Below are positions 51,701 to 64,000 of a stretch of DNA of 64,000 bases, in pieces; positions within the stretch are counted from its first letter, which is position 1; each line of letters starts with the position of its first letter. Origin of the DNA: Eledone cirrhosa (Eukaryota); assembly GCA_964016885.1 (NCBI GenBank), contig OZ024750.1:51646001-51710000 (forward strand), read 5' to 3'. The notes beneath the pieces were generated by a model that worked only from the letters and a program-made list of their open reading frames with translations, made no database searches and had not been told where the DNA came from. A program made the position numbers and the translations under genes.

Positions 51701-53188
51701 TGGCTGAAGTATTGCTGATCATAGGTCTGTGATAGAATGGTTTAGACGTAGTATGGCTGAAGTACTACTGATCATAGGTCTGTGATAGAATGGTTTAGAC
51801 GTAGTATGGCTGAAGTATTGCTGATCATAGGTCTGTTATAGAATAGTATAGACGTAGTATGGCTGAAGTACTACTGATCATAGGTCTGTTATAGAATAGT
51901 ATAGACGTGGTATGGCTGAAGTACTACTGATCATAGGTCTGTTATAGAATAGTATAGACGTGGTATGGCTGAAGTACTACTGATCATAGGTCTGTTATAG
52001 AATAGTATAGACGTGGTATGGCTGAAGTACTACTGATCATAGGTCTGTGATAGAATGGTTTAGACGTAGTATGGCTGAAGTACTACTGATCATAGGTCTG
52101 TTATAGAATAGTATAGACGTGGTATGGCTGAAGTACTACTGATCATAGGTCTGTTATAGAATAGTATAGACGTGGTATGGCTGAAGTACTACTGATCATA
52201 GGTCTGTTATAGAATAGTATAGACGTGGTATGGCTGAAGTACTACTGATCGTAGGTCTGTTATAGAATAGTATAGACGTAGTATGGCTGAAGTACTACTG
52301 ATCATAGGTCTGTGATAGAATGGTTTAGACGTAGTATGGCTGAAGTACTACTGATCATAGGTCTGTTATAGAATAGTATAGACGTAGTATGGCTGAAGTA
52401 TTGCTGATCATAGGTCTGTTATAGAATAGTATAGACGTAGTATGGCTGAAGTATTGCTGATCATAGGTCTGTTATAGAATAGTATAGACTTAGTATAGCT
52501 GAAGTACTACTGATCATAGGTCTGTTATAGAATAGTATAGACGTAGTATGGCTGAAGTACTACTGATCATAGGTCTGTTATAGAATAGTATAGACGTAGT
52601 ATGGCTGAAGTACTACTGATCATAGGTCTGTTATAGAATAGTATAGACGTAGTATGACTGAAGTACTACTGATCATAGGTCTGTTATAGAATAGTATAGA
52701 CGTAGTATAGCTGAAGTACTACTGATCATAGGTCTGTTATAGAATAGTATAGACGTAGTATGGCTGAAGTACTACTGATCATAGGTCTGTTATAGAATAG
52801 TATAGACGTAGTATGACTGAAGTACTACTGATCATAGGTCTGTTATAGAATAGTAGAGACGTAGTATGGCTGAAGTACTACTGATCATAGGTCTGTTATT
52901 GAATAGTATAGACGTAGTATGACTGAAGTACTACTGATCATAGGTCTGTTATAGAATAGTATAGACGTGGTATGACTGAAGTACTACTGATCATAGGTCT
53001 GTTATAGAATAGTATAGACGTGGTATGACTGAAGTACTACTGATCATAGGTCTGTTATAGAATAGTATAGACGTAGTATGGCTGAAGTACTACTGATCAT
53101 AGGTCTGTTATAGAATAGTATAGACGTAGTATAGCTGAAGTACTACTGATCATAGGTATCTTATTGAATAGTAGAGACGTAGTATGAC
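51701..53188. repeat. 53-bp minisatellite, about 28 copies
   Basis: Unit tggctgaagtactactgatcataggtctgttatagaatagtatagacgtagta; period 51701 to 51754. Confidence 0.97.
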
Positions 53189-53537
53189 AAGTATAGCAAG
53201 TTTCATTTACCATAGTCTCGGGTCGACATGTGCCTTGTAGGTGAAACTTGGTAGTCGGAAGATGTTTGGAAGCCTCGTCGGATGGACTACTGTACCTGTA
53301 ATTCAAAGTGTTAGAGTTGTCACACTGTTTCACGCAGAATCTCCCTGAGAAATACGTTAAGGGCACACATGTCTGAGGAATAATCAGCCACTTACACACT
53401 AATTTTGCTATGAGCAAGCTGTTCCGTTGATCGAATAACTGGAATGCCCATCAACCATAGTGACGGAGATCCATTCCATGTTAATCAAGAATCTCAGTTC
53501 TACTACAAACGAGACAACTAGCGTATTTGTATTATTG

Positions 53538-53880
53538 GAGTTCAAATCCCGCCGAATTCAACTTTACCTTTCATCCTTACGGGATCGATAAAATGAAGTA
53601 CCAATAATGTACTGGAGTCGATTTAGTCGATTCCCTCACCCCCACCCTTCCCCTTAAATTGCCGTCCTTGTGCCTAAACCAGAAAGCAGTGTATTGGCAG
53701 TATCGGTAGAGGGTCGAACGCCATTGCTTTACAGCATAGAGTTAAAGGCCTTTATGGTCTGAATTCAAATCCCCGCCGAGGTTAACTTTGCCTTTCATCC
53801 TTACGGGGTCGATAAAATAAAGTACCACCAGTAATGCACTGGGGTAATTGCTGGCCCCGGTGCCATAGACAGAAACCATT
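53538..53880 (+). mobile_element. Two tandem SINE copies
   Basis: B boxes near 53538 and 53761, each followed by the Nin-type core. Confidence 0.8.
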
Positions 53881-54205
53881 ATTGGGTGGTTGAGATGATA
53901 GCTCTGAAATTGTCATGTCAGAGAGACAGAAGTGTTTCTTCTATTTAGATTCTTCAATAGCAATCTGTTATTTTGTCATAACTCCTACCCATCCCACACC
54001 TCCTACTGTCGCAGGCCGCGTGACGTCATAATAACGTGTTCAGTCTCTGAAAGACACATCCACAACAATACTACGGTAGCTATCTGCTGCCAAACCACAA
54101 ATTGTGACATCAGAGCGTCTATGTTCAATTGTTCCCAAACAATATTCTATTGTATTGATATTCTATTGAGTCTGTTGCAATACCGTTCTCTGATGCTGTT
54201 GTTAT

Positions 54206-54248
<43 letters not shown>

Positions 54249-54302
54249 TATATATATGTGTATATGTGTGTGTATGTGTGTGTGTGTGTGTGTATACATA
54301 TA

Positions 54303-54349
<47 letters not shown>

Positions 54350-54361
54350 ATATATATATAC

Positions 54362-54408
<47 letters not shown>

Positions 54409-54534
54409 CTGTATATATATATACATATATATATGTATATATATATATATGTGTGTATATATATATATGTGTGTGTGTGTGTATACATATATATGTATAT
54501 AGATATATGTATATATATAGATATATATATATAT

Positions 54535-54790
54535 GTAGGAGGTGAGTTTTATTGTAGTACAATAAAGCAATGCAGATATCGGATAAGAAGCACTCTACAG
54601 TTTATAGGACTGGAGTATACATAATATATAAGAACAAAAGATGGTTAAAAGAGTTCCATGTATTTTATTATGCGCATTTCAAAAATAAATATCATCATGC
54701 AATAATATTTGTGTTTTCATCAGATAAAACAGGAAGACATGATATGAAGGTTAAAAAACACTTGTGGATAGTGCAGTTTTAAATCAACAT
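54535..54790 (-). mobile_element. 5'-truncated 3' end of the same PLE family as 38463-43560
   Basis: Close match to 38463-38716 with scattered substitutions; same 3' terminus in (AT)n. Confidence 0.88.
54663..54729 (-). ncRNA. Type I hammerhead ribozyme
   Basis: Core and helices I and III identical to 38589-38655; substitutions are confined to helix II. Confidence 0.8.
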
Positions 54791-54791
54791 T

Positions 54792-55557
54792 TATACATGC
54801 ACGTATCGGTTTACCGAACATTTATTATAATGCTCAGTTTGTTTCCTGTGTCAGTGTTGAACAAAAAGGTGACGTGGTTGCCTAAACACTGTACGGCGTA
54901 ATTCGGGCTGTTTGTTTGTTTACAAACAAACAAACCGAGCATGATAATAAATGTTCGGTAAACCGATACGTGCATATATATATGTGTGCATGCATGTAAA
55001 TATATACATACTACTGAACGTCTGTATACATATATGTATGTACGTATCCATACATACTTACATTTAAGTAACTGCCGTACTAAGAGTGAGAAATGAAATT
55101 GCGTTTCATTCTATTCCATTTATCGTTTTCGGTGTGCCCGGCCGACTGAATTCACTCGATATGCAAATTAGGCTGCTCAGCCGTTAATATGCATAAGGAA
55201 AGTATATACTTTCAGACGTTCAACCATCTGGCAGAAAGGTATATGATGCTGACGATAGTTAATAAGCTTGAAACTAGTACATCGTTCCTGTGTCAGTGTT
55301 GAACAAAAAGGTGACGTGGTTGGCTAAACACTGTACGGCGTAATTCGGGCTGTTTGTTTACAAACAAACAAACCGAGCATTATAATAAATGTTCGGTAAA
55401 CCGATACATGCATGTATATATGTGTGCATGTATATATATATATACATACTACTGTGCGTCTGTATACATATATGTATGTACGTATACATACATACTTACA
55501 TACTTACATTTAAGTAAGTGCCGTACTAAGAGTGAGAAATGAAATTTCGTTCATTCT

Positions 55558-55562
<5 letters not shown>
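54792..55562 (+). mobile_element. Retrozyme-like element, second subfamily (442-bp period)
   Basis: Repeat starts ttcctgtgtcagtg at 54843 and 55285; short inverted segment 54792-54842; ends in (AT)n. Confidence 0.8.
55245..55283 (+). ncRNA. Minimal type I hammerhead motif
   Basis: gatg-CTGACGA-tagt(taataa)gctt-GAAA-ctag-TA-catc. Confidence 0.8.
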
Positions 55563-55628
<66 letters not shown>

Positions 55629-55698
55629 CCTTGTCCGACGAACGAATGAGGACGTTTCTTTCGTATTCGTCTTATTCGGGAAACCTCTGGTAATGAGG
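55629..55698 (+). ncRNA. Hammerhead motif with U4-to-C change, in a PLE-type end (55627-55805)
   Basis: ccttgt-CCGACGA-acgaatgaggacg...cgtcttattcgg-GAAA-cctctgg-TA-atgagg; tail catagagcactct related to 33683-33745. Confidence 0.55.
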
Positions 55699-55878
55699 TA
55701 ATTATATTGTATTGTTTATTATACATTAAATTTTGCTCTGGTACTTACATAGAGCACTCTTCACTCCTATGACTTTTTCAATTTTCAACGGAAACTTCAA
55801 TACTTATATATATACATAAATATATATATATATATATATATATACATTCTCTCACACACACACACTCTCTCCCTCACA

Positions 55879-55973
<95 letters not shown>

Positions 55974-56376
55974 ATATATATATACATACATTCGTATATT
56001 TTTTCTGTCTACCGTGTTGGTGGTCTTTTTTTTTTTATTTAACAGGAAAACAATCGGCTGCCGTTTCTGGTTGTTTTTATTACTTGTGTTTTTCTGAGAA
56101 GGAACAGCATTCATTGTCCTAATTCTTATTGATAGTCGCCTCTACTTCTTCCGTCCTCCTTCTCCTCTCCTTCCCCCTTCCCTCCATCCATCTCCTCACC
56201 CCCTCATCCTAATCCTCCTTCTAATGCTCCGCCTCCTTCTTCTTCGTCTCTCTTTCTTTCCTCCCTATTCGCCTCTGTTTTCTTCTTTTTGATCTCATCC
56301 TTATTATATATACTAGTATATAACCCATTGCTTTACGGAGAAAAATAAGAAATATTCGGTTTCTCACTTTCTTTTG

Positions 56377-56420
<44 letters not shown>

Positions 56421-56486
56421 AATGTATATATGTATGTAAGTCAGTATGTATATGTATATGTATGTGTGTGTGTGTATGTGTGTGTC

Positions 56487-56587
<101 letters not shown>

Positions 56588-58036
56588 TTTGTGATCCTGA
56601 CTCTATTTCTGTACTCCTGAAGAAGGGCTAAAACCCGACATGTCGAACTTCCTTTCTCCTTTTCTAAAACTACCGGACCAAAATTACATGTACATCTTCA
56701 CTAAACACTCGGACAGGTAACGGTCGACAAAGTTTTACTTTGCAAAGCAAGGAATTCATTTAAATTAAATTTATCTTATTTTCTAATGAATATCAAAAGA
56801 GATCATCCATTTTTTTATGTTCTCCAGTTTGTAGATAAGAGAGTGAGGGATGGGAGAGAGTAAGGGTTGAGAGAGAAAGAGAGAGAGTGGGAGATGGGAG
56901 AGAAAGTAAGGGGATGAGAGAAAAAGAGAGAGAGAGAGAGTGAGTGGATGGGAGAGAGAGAGTAAGGGGATGTGAGATAGAAAGAAAGAGAGTAAGGGAT
57001 GACAGAGAAAGAGAGAGAGTGGGAGATGGGAGAGAGAGAGTAAAGGGATGTGAGAGAGAGAGAAAAAGAGTAAGGGGATGAGAGAGAAAGACGATGAAAG
57101 AGAATGAGGGAAAGTAAGCAGCGTTCTTAAATTTTATTTATTTATTATTTTTACACACTTTTTAACTCTCCTGCTTCCTTAACGTTATTTATCTATTTTT
57201 TTATTTTTTGTTCTCTATTCTGTAGAGAGAGAAAAAGGAGAGAGTGAAAGTAGCCAGCGTTCATTAACTTTTATTTATATTTTTTTTTTACACACTTCTT
57301 AATGTTATTTATCTTTTATTTATTTTTTGTTCGCTATTCTGTAGAGGGTGAGAGAGAGAAAGAAAGAGAGGAGATGAGAAAGAGAAAGGGAGTGTAGCGG
57401 ATGGGGAGTGAAAGACAATAAGAAAAGAGAAAAGATGGGAGAGAGACAAAAAAGTAAAGAGGCAGGAGAGAGGGAGGGTGATTGGAGGGATTCTTTACCT
57501 AACGTGTGTCTGCGTTTATATATATATTTACACACACATATGTGTGTGTTATGTGGGGGGGGGGGGGTTGTTTAGCAGACGATATATGTTACCATCAAAG
57601 CTTGTTTTCTACATATGTCTAAAGAAATCACAGATGCTTTTATAGAAGTTGTATATATATGTATGTATTTAACAGACAAAAAAAAACGGTATTTTTAAAA
57701 GATATTATTTGAATATATTATTTTCCGCTCTTATTTGAATAATTAACACATAAACTTTTTTTGGGGGGGGGATAAAAAATGATAATTTAGGAATACTATC
57801 TGAAATCCCAATATTTTCTACATATGTCTAAAATTAATTACACCTAATATACATTCATATAAAGATATCATTTAAAACAACTTTACTGAGTGAACAATAC
57901 ATTCTATAGTTGTTTCTATTTCGGAAAGAGTGTGGTGTGTAATAATTGTTTCTACTTTTGGCACAAGGCCAGCAATTATTCCACTGCATTACTGGTACTT
58001 TATTTTATCGTGTGGGGTGTAATAATATCACTTCAA

Positions 58037-61000
58037 ATGCCTAGAAAACGTTCCAGATCATTATATGGAAGGTCATCTTCAGAGGCTAAGAGAAAGAAAA
58101 CACAACGATCTGAAGAAAGTGAAGAAGTGAAGAATCTGCTCCTTCAGCATACACCAGAAGCACTACACTTCAATAAATACATCATAAAATATAATTCTGC
58201 CTTTCAAATGACATCTTTGGGGGCTGACAGAAATGTGACTGACTTTAGATTCTGTACAACTTATAAAATTCGGGGACAGTGTTACCACTTAATGAGAGCC
58301 ACTTTCACAGGAGCCTCACAAATTTGTGAAGGTTTACTTCATGGGTGGAAATGAAACACAGGCACAACAAAGATATACCAATGTCCATGGTGGATTGCAG
58401 TTCTACATAGTCATAAAGTTACAAGAAATGCTTCACCAATATCACATGTACGTCAGTGTATTTAAATATACACTGGAGCATATGAATACTACCAGAGATC
58501 GTAAAATCATCATTAGGGCAGACAAATGCCCAGCTTCAGAACATGAACGCAGATTCAATGCACCTGTCACTGATGAAGTTGCAATCATAATGGTTGATGA
58601 ACAGCATGAACGACGTGACATTGTTTTGCAAAAACAAAGTGGACATTTGGAGCGAATTTGTGAAACTCATAGAACCTATGATTCACTCCAATATCTGCTC
58701 ATCTTTTGGAATGGTTAAGATGGATATCATTTTCAGCTACGGGAGATTAGCCCAGGAACGGGACAAGAAACTGGCCGATCAATCAGCTGCAAAAAATTCT
58801 ATGCTTATCATGGTACGTGATCACTTCAACCAAGTTCTGCGATTAAAAGAAGTAACCAGCCAGTTCATGGTGGACATGTATGCCAAAATTGAAACAGAAA
58901 GATTGGGTTTTCTGCGAATAAATCAAACCAAGTTGAGGGCAGACAACTACATCCACCTTAGAAATGCCATCAATTCTGATCTTAACCCAAGAAATATTGG
59001 CCAGCCAGTCATACTACCATCGAGCTTCACGGGAGGACCACGCTACATGCATGAACGTACGCAAGATGCAATGACCTATGTCAGAAAATTTGATCGGCCA
59101 GATCTCTTCATTACATTTACATGAAATTCAAACTGGTCAGAAATATCAAATGAATTATTTCAAAATCAAAATCAAAAACATAAGGATCGACATGACCTCA
59201 TTGCTCGTGTTTTCCATGAAAAGCAAAAAAAGAAACTCATCTGGCTCCTAAAAGAAGGAAGAATCTTTGGTGAACTTAATGCTTGGATGACCACTATTGA
59301 GTGGCAGAAGAGAGGTCTTCCTCACTCTCACACACTAATCTGGTGCAAGGAGAAGATAATACCAGATGATGTTGATAAGATCATTTCAGTAGAGCTGCCT
59401 GATAAAGGTGGTGATCAAGAGCTCTTTGAAACCATCAAGTCCAAACTCATTCATGGTCCATGTGGAGTCATCAATCCAGCCTCTCTCTGAATGAAAGATA
59501 AAAAATGCAGCAAACATTATCCTAGAGCTTTTATTCGGGAAACTCGGACTGACAATAATGGATACCCTCTTTATCGTAGACCAGAACATAGAGGCAATAC
59601 TGCAAGCCTAACAGTTCGAGGAGAGGAGCTGACCATAAACAATCCGTGGGTCGTCCCACACAATAAATAAGTTGTGTAAACTTTTAAAAGCTCACGTCAA
59701 TGTTGAGTATTGCAGCTCCGTCAAGGCAATCCTATATGTCACAACATATATCAATAAGGGCAGTGACATGGCTATCTTTATTACTGAAAAAGAACTCAAT
59801 GATGGTTGGCTGGATGAGGTCAAACGGTATCAAACAGGTCGATACATCTCCAGCAATGAAGCTATCTGGCGAATCTTTGGATTTGATATCCACCAACGCC
59901 ACCCAACAGTGGTCAACCTCGCCGTCCATCTGGAAAATGGACAGAGAGTGTACTTCACTGAGATCACTGCTCATCAGTTGGCACAAACATAACATGACAC
60001 TACACTAACTGCTTTCTTTAAACTCTGCCAGAATGATGAATTTGCTCGATCCCTCCTATATGCTGAAGTCCCAACATACTACACCTGGACCAATTGCAAT
60101 ACCTGGAATCGAAGAAAGCAGGGTCATTTAGTGGAAGGTCATGAAGTCAAGTCAAGTGATGCTATTGGGCGTGTTTACAATGTCCATCCCAACAACAGAG
60201 AATGTTTTTATTTACGGCTACTTCTGCATACTGTTCGAGGACCAACGTCGTTTGAGGATCTTAGGTGCTTCGGAGGAAGGGAGTGCGCCGCAACATGCCA
60301 ACAAGCAAGGACTCCTACATGACAATGGACACTGGAAGAAGTGCCTAGAAGAAGCAGCAATCACTCAAGTAGCCAGTCAAATGAGACAATTATTTGCTAT
60401 TATGCTCACAGCATGCGAAATTGATGAAGCTCATCTACTCTGGCAGGAGTACAAAAGCACGATATTCAAGCATTGCGTAAGTTTGTGGATGAAAATGAAC
60501 CTCGATTGATGGATGACTAGAAATACGCCTACCATAACATCATCGAAAACATTCAAAATGATAGGGGAGGACTTTTCTTCGTCGATGCTCCAGCTGGCAC
60601 AGGCAAGACATTCTCATAAACCTCCTGCTTGCAAAAGTTCGCCAAAATCAACATATTGCCCTTGCTGTGGCTTCAAATGGCATTGCAGCAACACTTCTGG
60701 ATGGAGTAAGAACTGCAGACTCCATGTTTAAGCTGCCCATAGAGCTCACACGGCATAAACAATCTTTTTGCAACATCAAGAAGAACTCACCCAAGGGCAA
60801 GCTTCTGCAAACATGCAAGATGATAATTTGGGATGAAGCTACTATGCGTAAAAGAGCAATTGAAGCTTTGGACCGGACGATAAGGGATCTGAGAGAAAAT
60901 AGTTGCATAATGGGAGGAGTGACAATGGTTCTTGCTGGTGATTTCAGACAAACTCTGCCTGTAATTCTTCGAGGGACTCGAGCTGATCAGGTCAATGCCT

Positions 61001-61996
61001 GTCTGAAAACATCCTATCTCTGGCCCCCTTTCAGCTGCTGAGCCTTACAACCAACATGCGAGTGCACTTAACTGGTGACGAAGATGTCAGTGAGTTTGCT
61101 ATCCAACTACTTAAATTGTGAAATGGACTTCTTGAAAAGGATTCTAATGACCATATTCAGGTGACATTTGGCCATATCATTGACACATAACAAGAACTGA
61201 TTGCCAGAGTGTTTCCAAACATTCAGACAAGGCAGTGTGAACCGAAATGGCTCTGTGAACGAGTAATCTTGGCACCTAAAAATGTTGCCGTGTAAGAAAT
61301 CAACAGAAGGCTGCTGGAGATGTTACCTGGAGAGAAAATATGCTACAAATCAGTTGACACAATCACTTCTCAAGACCAGTTTGTAAACTATCCAACTGAA
61401 TTTTTGAACAGTCTTGAACAAGCGGGAATTCCTCCACACAACCTGATACTGAGGATTGTAGCATCGGTTATGCTACTTCGCAATCTGGATCCTCCAAAAC
61501 TTTGTAATGGCACAAGACTCATCATCAAAAATACGATGTCCAATGTTCTAGAAGTTGCAATCATGTCAGGAAAATTTGCTGGTGACAATTGTTTCATTCC
61601 CAGAATACCAACTGATTTGCCATTTGAATTTCAAAGACTTCAATTTGCGATCAGGCTCAGTTTTGCCATGACCATTACTAAATCTCAAGGGCAATCATTG
61701 AAAGTCGTTGGGTTGAATCTGGCAGATCCTATCTTTTCACATGATCAACTCTATGTTGGAACAACAAGGATTGAGAACCCTGATTGCCTCTTCATTGTGG
61801 CACCACAGGGCAAAACCAAGAATGTTGTTTATCCAGAGGCTTTGTAATGAGCAATGTCGTAAATCCTCATTCAATGACCATACACACACATCCTAATTCC
61901 TTAGTTATGTAGTTTGCAAGGAATTCTGAAGCTGCAAATTTACTGCATGGTGTTACTTTGGAGGAATATGCAGGCATTCCCGGGTACCTCTGCTAT
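58037..61996 (+). mobile_element. Disabled autonomous Helitron (HUH Rep plus PIF1 helicase pseudogene)
   Basis: VILPSSFTGGPRYM, PDLFITFT, EWQKRGLPHSH, YVTTYINKG, DAPAGTGKTF, IIWDEA, GDFRQTLPV, CNGTRL, FAMTITKSQGQSL; many stops and frameshifts; decayed 3' hairpin followed by ctat. 5' end not resolved. Confidence 0.92.
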
Positions 61997-62582
61997 ATAA
62001 AGTAGTATAAGTGAGGACTTTGTTGGGTAGAAATAGCAGCCAAATTTCCTTCAAATCCCACCTTACTTTCTCTGGTATGTATATATGTATGAAGCAAAAA
62101 GGAATGGTTCTATGTGATAATTCGATCTACTAGAAATATTAGCAAAATCCATTTCAAATCACAAACAACTGTCTTACACATACACGTGTGTGTATGTATG
62201 TCATGTATGTCATGTGAGCCACTATAACTGTTGGTATAGCTAATAGAAATAGGAAACAAATCTCCCTCAAATAAGATCCTACTGCCATAGAGGCAAAGAT
62301 TGGTGAAAGCTGCAGTGTACAAATTTAAATACACTTTCCCCGAATTACAGGAATGAGTAAGTAAATGCTTCATTCAATCATAAACCAATGCTAAATTTAT
62401 TTTCTTATTTTATTTATGGATTTTAAAATAGTTTTTACATGTTGTTTGAATTTCAGAAGTTCAGATTGAGCAAAAAAAAAGGAAGAAAGAAAAGGATAAA
62501 TAAATAAAATCTAAATGTATTTTTTTGGTCATGCCCTTTTCACTGACAACATACCTAATGATTCATCTATGAGTAAAGCATT

Positions 62583-62762
62583 GATTGGCAGTATCGGTAG
62601 AGGGTCGGACGCCATGCTTTCCAGCATAGTTACGTCCCTTTACGATCTGAGTTCAAATCCCGCCGAGGTTGACTTTGCCTTTCATCCTTACGGGGTCGAT
62701 AAAATTAAGTACCAGTAATGCACTGGGTTATTGCTGGCCTTGTGCCTAAAGTAGAAACAATT
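62583..62762 (+). mobile_element. tRNA-derived SINE
   Basis: Full-length match to the other copies. Confidence 0.9.
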
Positions 62763-62822
62763 ATATATGGTGACTGTAATAGGGAGCAGTATTGAAAAAA
62801 TCACCACTGGAAAAAAATAATA

Positions 62823-62910
62823 GTTTCTACTTTTGGCACAAGGCCAGCAACTTCCCAGTACATTCATCCGTAAGGCTGAAAGGCAAAGTCAACCTCGGCG
62901 GGATTTGAAC
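62823..62910 (-). mobile_element. 5'-truncated, internally deleted SINE with target-site duplication
   Basis: caccactggaaaaaaataata on both sides. Confidence 0.75.
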
Positions 62911-63066
62911 ACCACTGGAAAAAAATAATATTTTTATCTAGATGATTTACTTTGACCAAAGGGCAATAATCTGTTATAATTCCTACTTTAGTTAAAATTC
63001 AGCAATCATATTTGAATGGTCAAATATTTTCTAAAGTGTGCCAAATATATTGTAACTTTCATAAAA

Positions 63067-63096
63067 TACCCGGGTATCACCGGGTAGCTCAGCTAA
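63067..63096 (+). mobile_element. Helitron-type 3' terminus
   Basis: Hairpin tacccgg/ccgggta followed by gctcagctaa (CTRR). Confidence 0.55.
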
Positions 63097-63100
63097 TATA

Positions 63101-63147
<47 letters not shown>

Positions 63148-63155
<8 letters not shown>

Positions 63156-63307
63156 GTGAGGTTTTTTTACAAAATGAAAAATAACCGAGGTGTCCTACAC
63201 GAGTGAAAGTATAAAGAAAAAGAGAGGAAATCGAAAATACAACTGGAGTCTTATTTTTTTTTTAAATAAGACTCCAGTTGCATTTCCGATTTCATCTCTT
63301 TTTCTAT
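63148..63307. mobile_element. Short fold-back element with one-sided tail in (AT)n
   Basis: Imperfect palindrome 63211-63307 (caactggagtcttattt/aaataagactccagttg). Confidence 0.55.
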
Positions 63308-63960
63308 ATATATATATATATATATATATACTCTTTTTCAATTATGTATATGTGTATACATATATATAAATCATTTATTTATTTATATATTGTGTTTGTG
63401 TGTGTGTGTGTGTGTGTGCGCGTGTGTGTGTGTGTTATGTAATACAGTTTGATATGGAATCGAAACTGTATTCTCTATTGAACTCATAGGAACGCTTATC
63501 TGCTTCGCCGTTTCTTTGATTTTTGAGGCGGGGGGGGGGGGGGGACTCTCCGTATTGTCTAGTCTCGACAAATGGTATTTTAGTTCTGACAGTCGAAGAG
63601 TTAAGACGAGACAAGGCGAGATTTCTATCTGTAGTATGTCTTGAAGGCACAACTCCTAATTTAGAAATCTACACTCAAAAACTTTGCAAGTCAGCTCAGG
63701 AATGTTAATCTGAGATTCATTACGTGGACGTGTGCATATGTGTGTATGTGTGTGTGTGTGTCTATGTGTGTATGTGTGTATATATGTGTGTGTGTCTGTG
63801 AGAATATATGTGTGTGTCTGTGTGTATATATGTGTGTGTGTCTCTGTACCCGTTTAGGTACTGTGTGAACCGACCGAAGCGTACATCCAGAAATAATTAC
63901 TAACCAACATTCATACACACACATATATATATATATGTATGTATATATATATATATATGC

Positions 63961-64000
63961 GTGTGGCTGTGTGGTTAGAGAATTGGATTCACAATCTTGA
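63961..64000 (+). mobile_element. Probable 5' start of a second tRNA-derived SINE family (cut by the window end)
   Basis: A-box-like tggctgtgtggtt. Confidence 0.4.

Noticed and set aside
45795-53188. 17-bp and 53-bp arrays as CRISPR or telomeric repeats
   Set aside because: No unique spacers, no cas genes, eukaryotic context; the unit is not TTAGGG.
51701-53188. CTGAAGT...GAAT in the 53-bp unit as a tandem hammerhead
   Set aside because: Two invariant core positions differ and helices I and III do not form.
54021-54028. TGACGTCA CRE site (also TCACGTGA at 47825)
   Set aside because: Isolated 8-mers are expected by chance in 64 kb and no linked gene is visible.

Overview
Eukaryotic, AT-rich, repeat-saturated DNA with no recognisable host protein-coding gene. 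The tRNA-derived Nin-domain-type SINEs and the microsatellite load point to an octopus or other cephalopod (inference). Almost all ORFs in the track are translated microsatellites. The only intact long CDS is a Penelope-like element (PLE) ORF encoding reverse transcriptase plus a C-terminal GIY-YIG endonuclease (39680-42112, minus strand, Naiad-type). It sits in a young element with 1.38-kb near-identical inverted arms inserted in (AT)n. Decayed R4/Dong, RTE, Tx1, CRE and CR1/L2 LINEs, two Helitrons, about 13 SINE copies and several minisatellites fill the rest. The main unannotated signal is about 17 type I hammerhead ribozyme motifs from roughly 9 sequence families, each in a short (AT)n-flanked, often fold-back element. 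One family is a non-coding retrozyme-like element (420-442 bp unit) whose copies begin 3-5 nt after their own predicted cleavage site. There is also a U3-A8 hammerhead variant and a GAGYRCTYT tail motif shared across unrelated families. All folds, family assignments and coordinates were read by eye and need computational confirmation.
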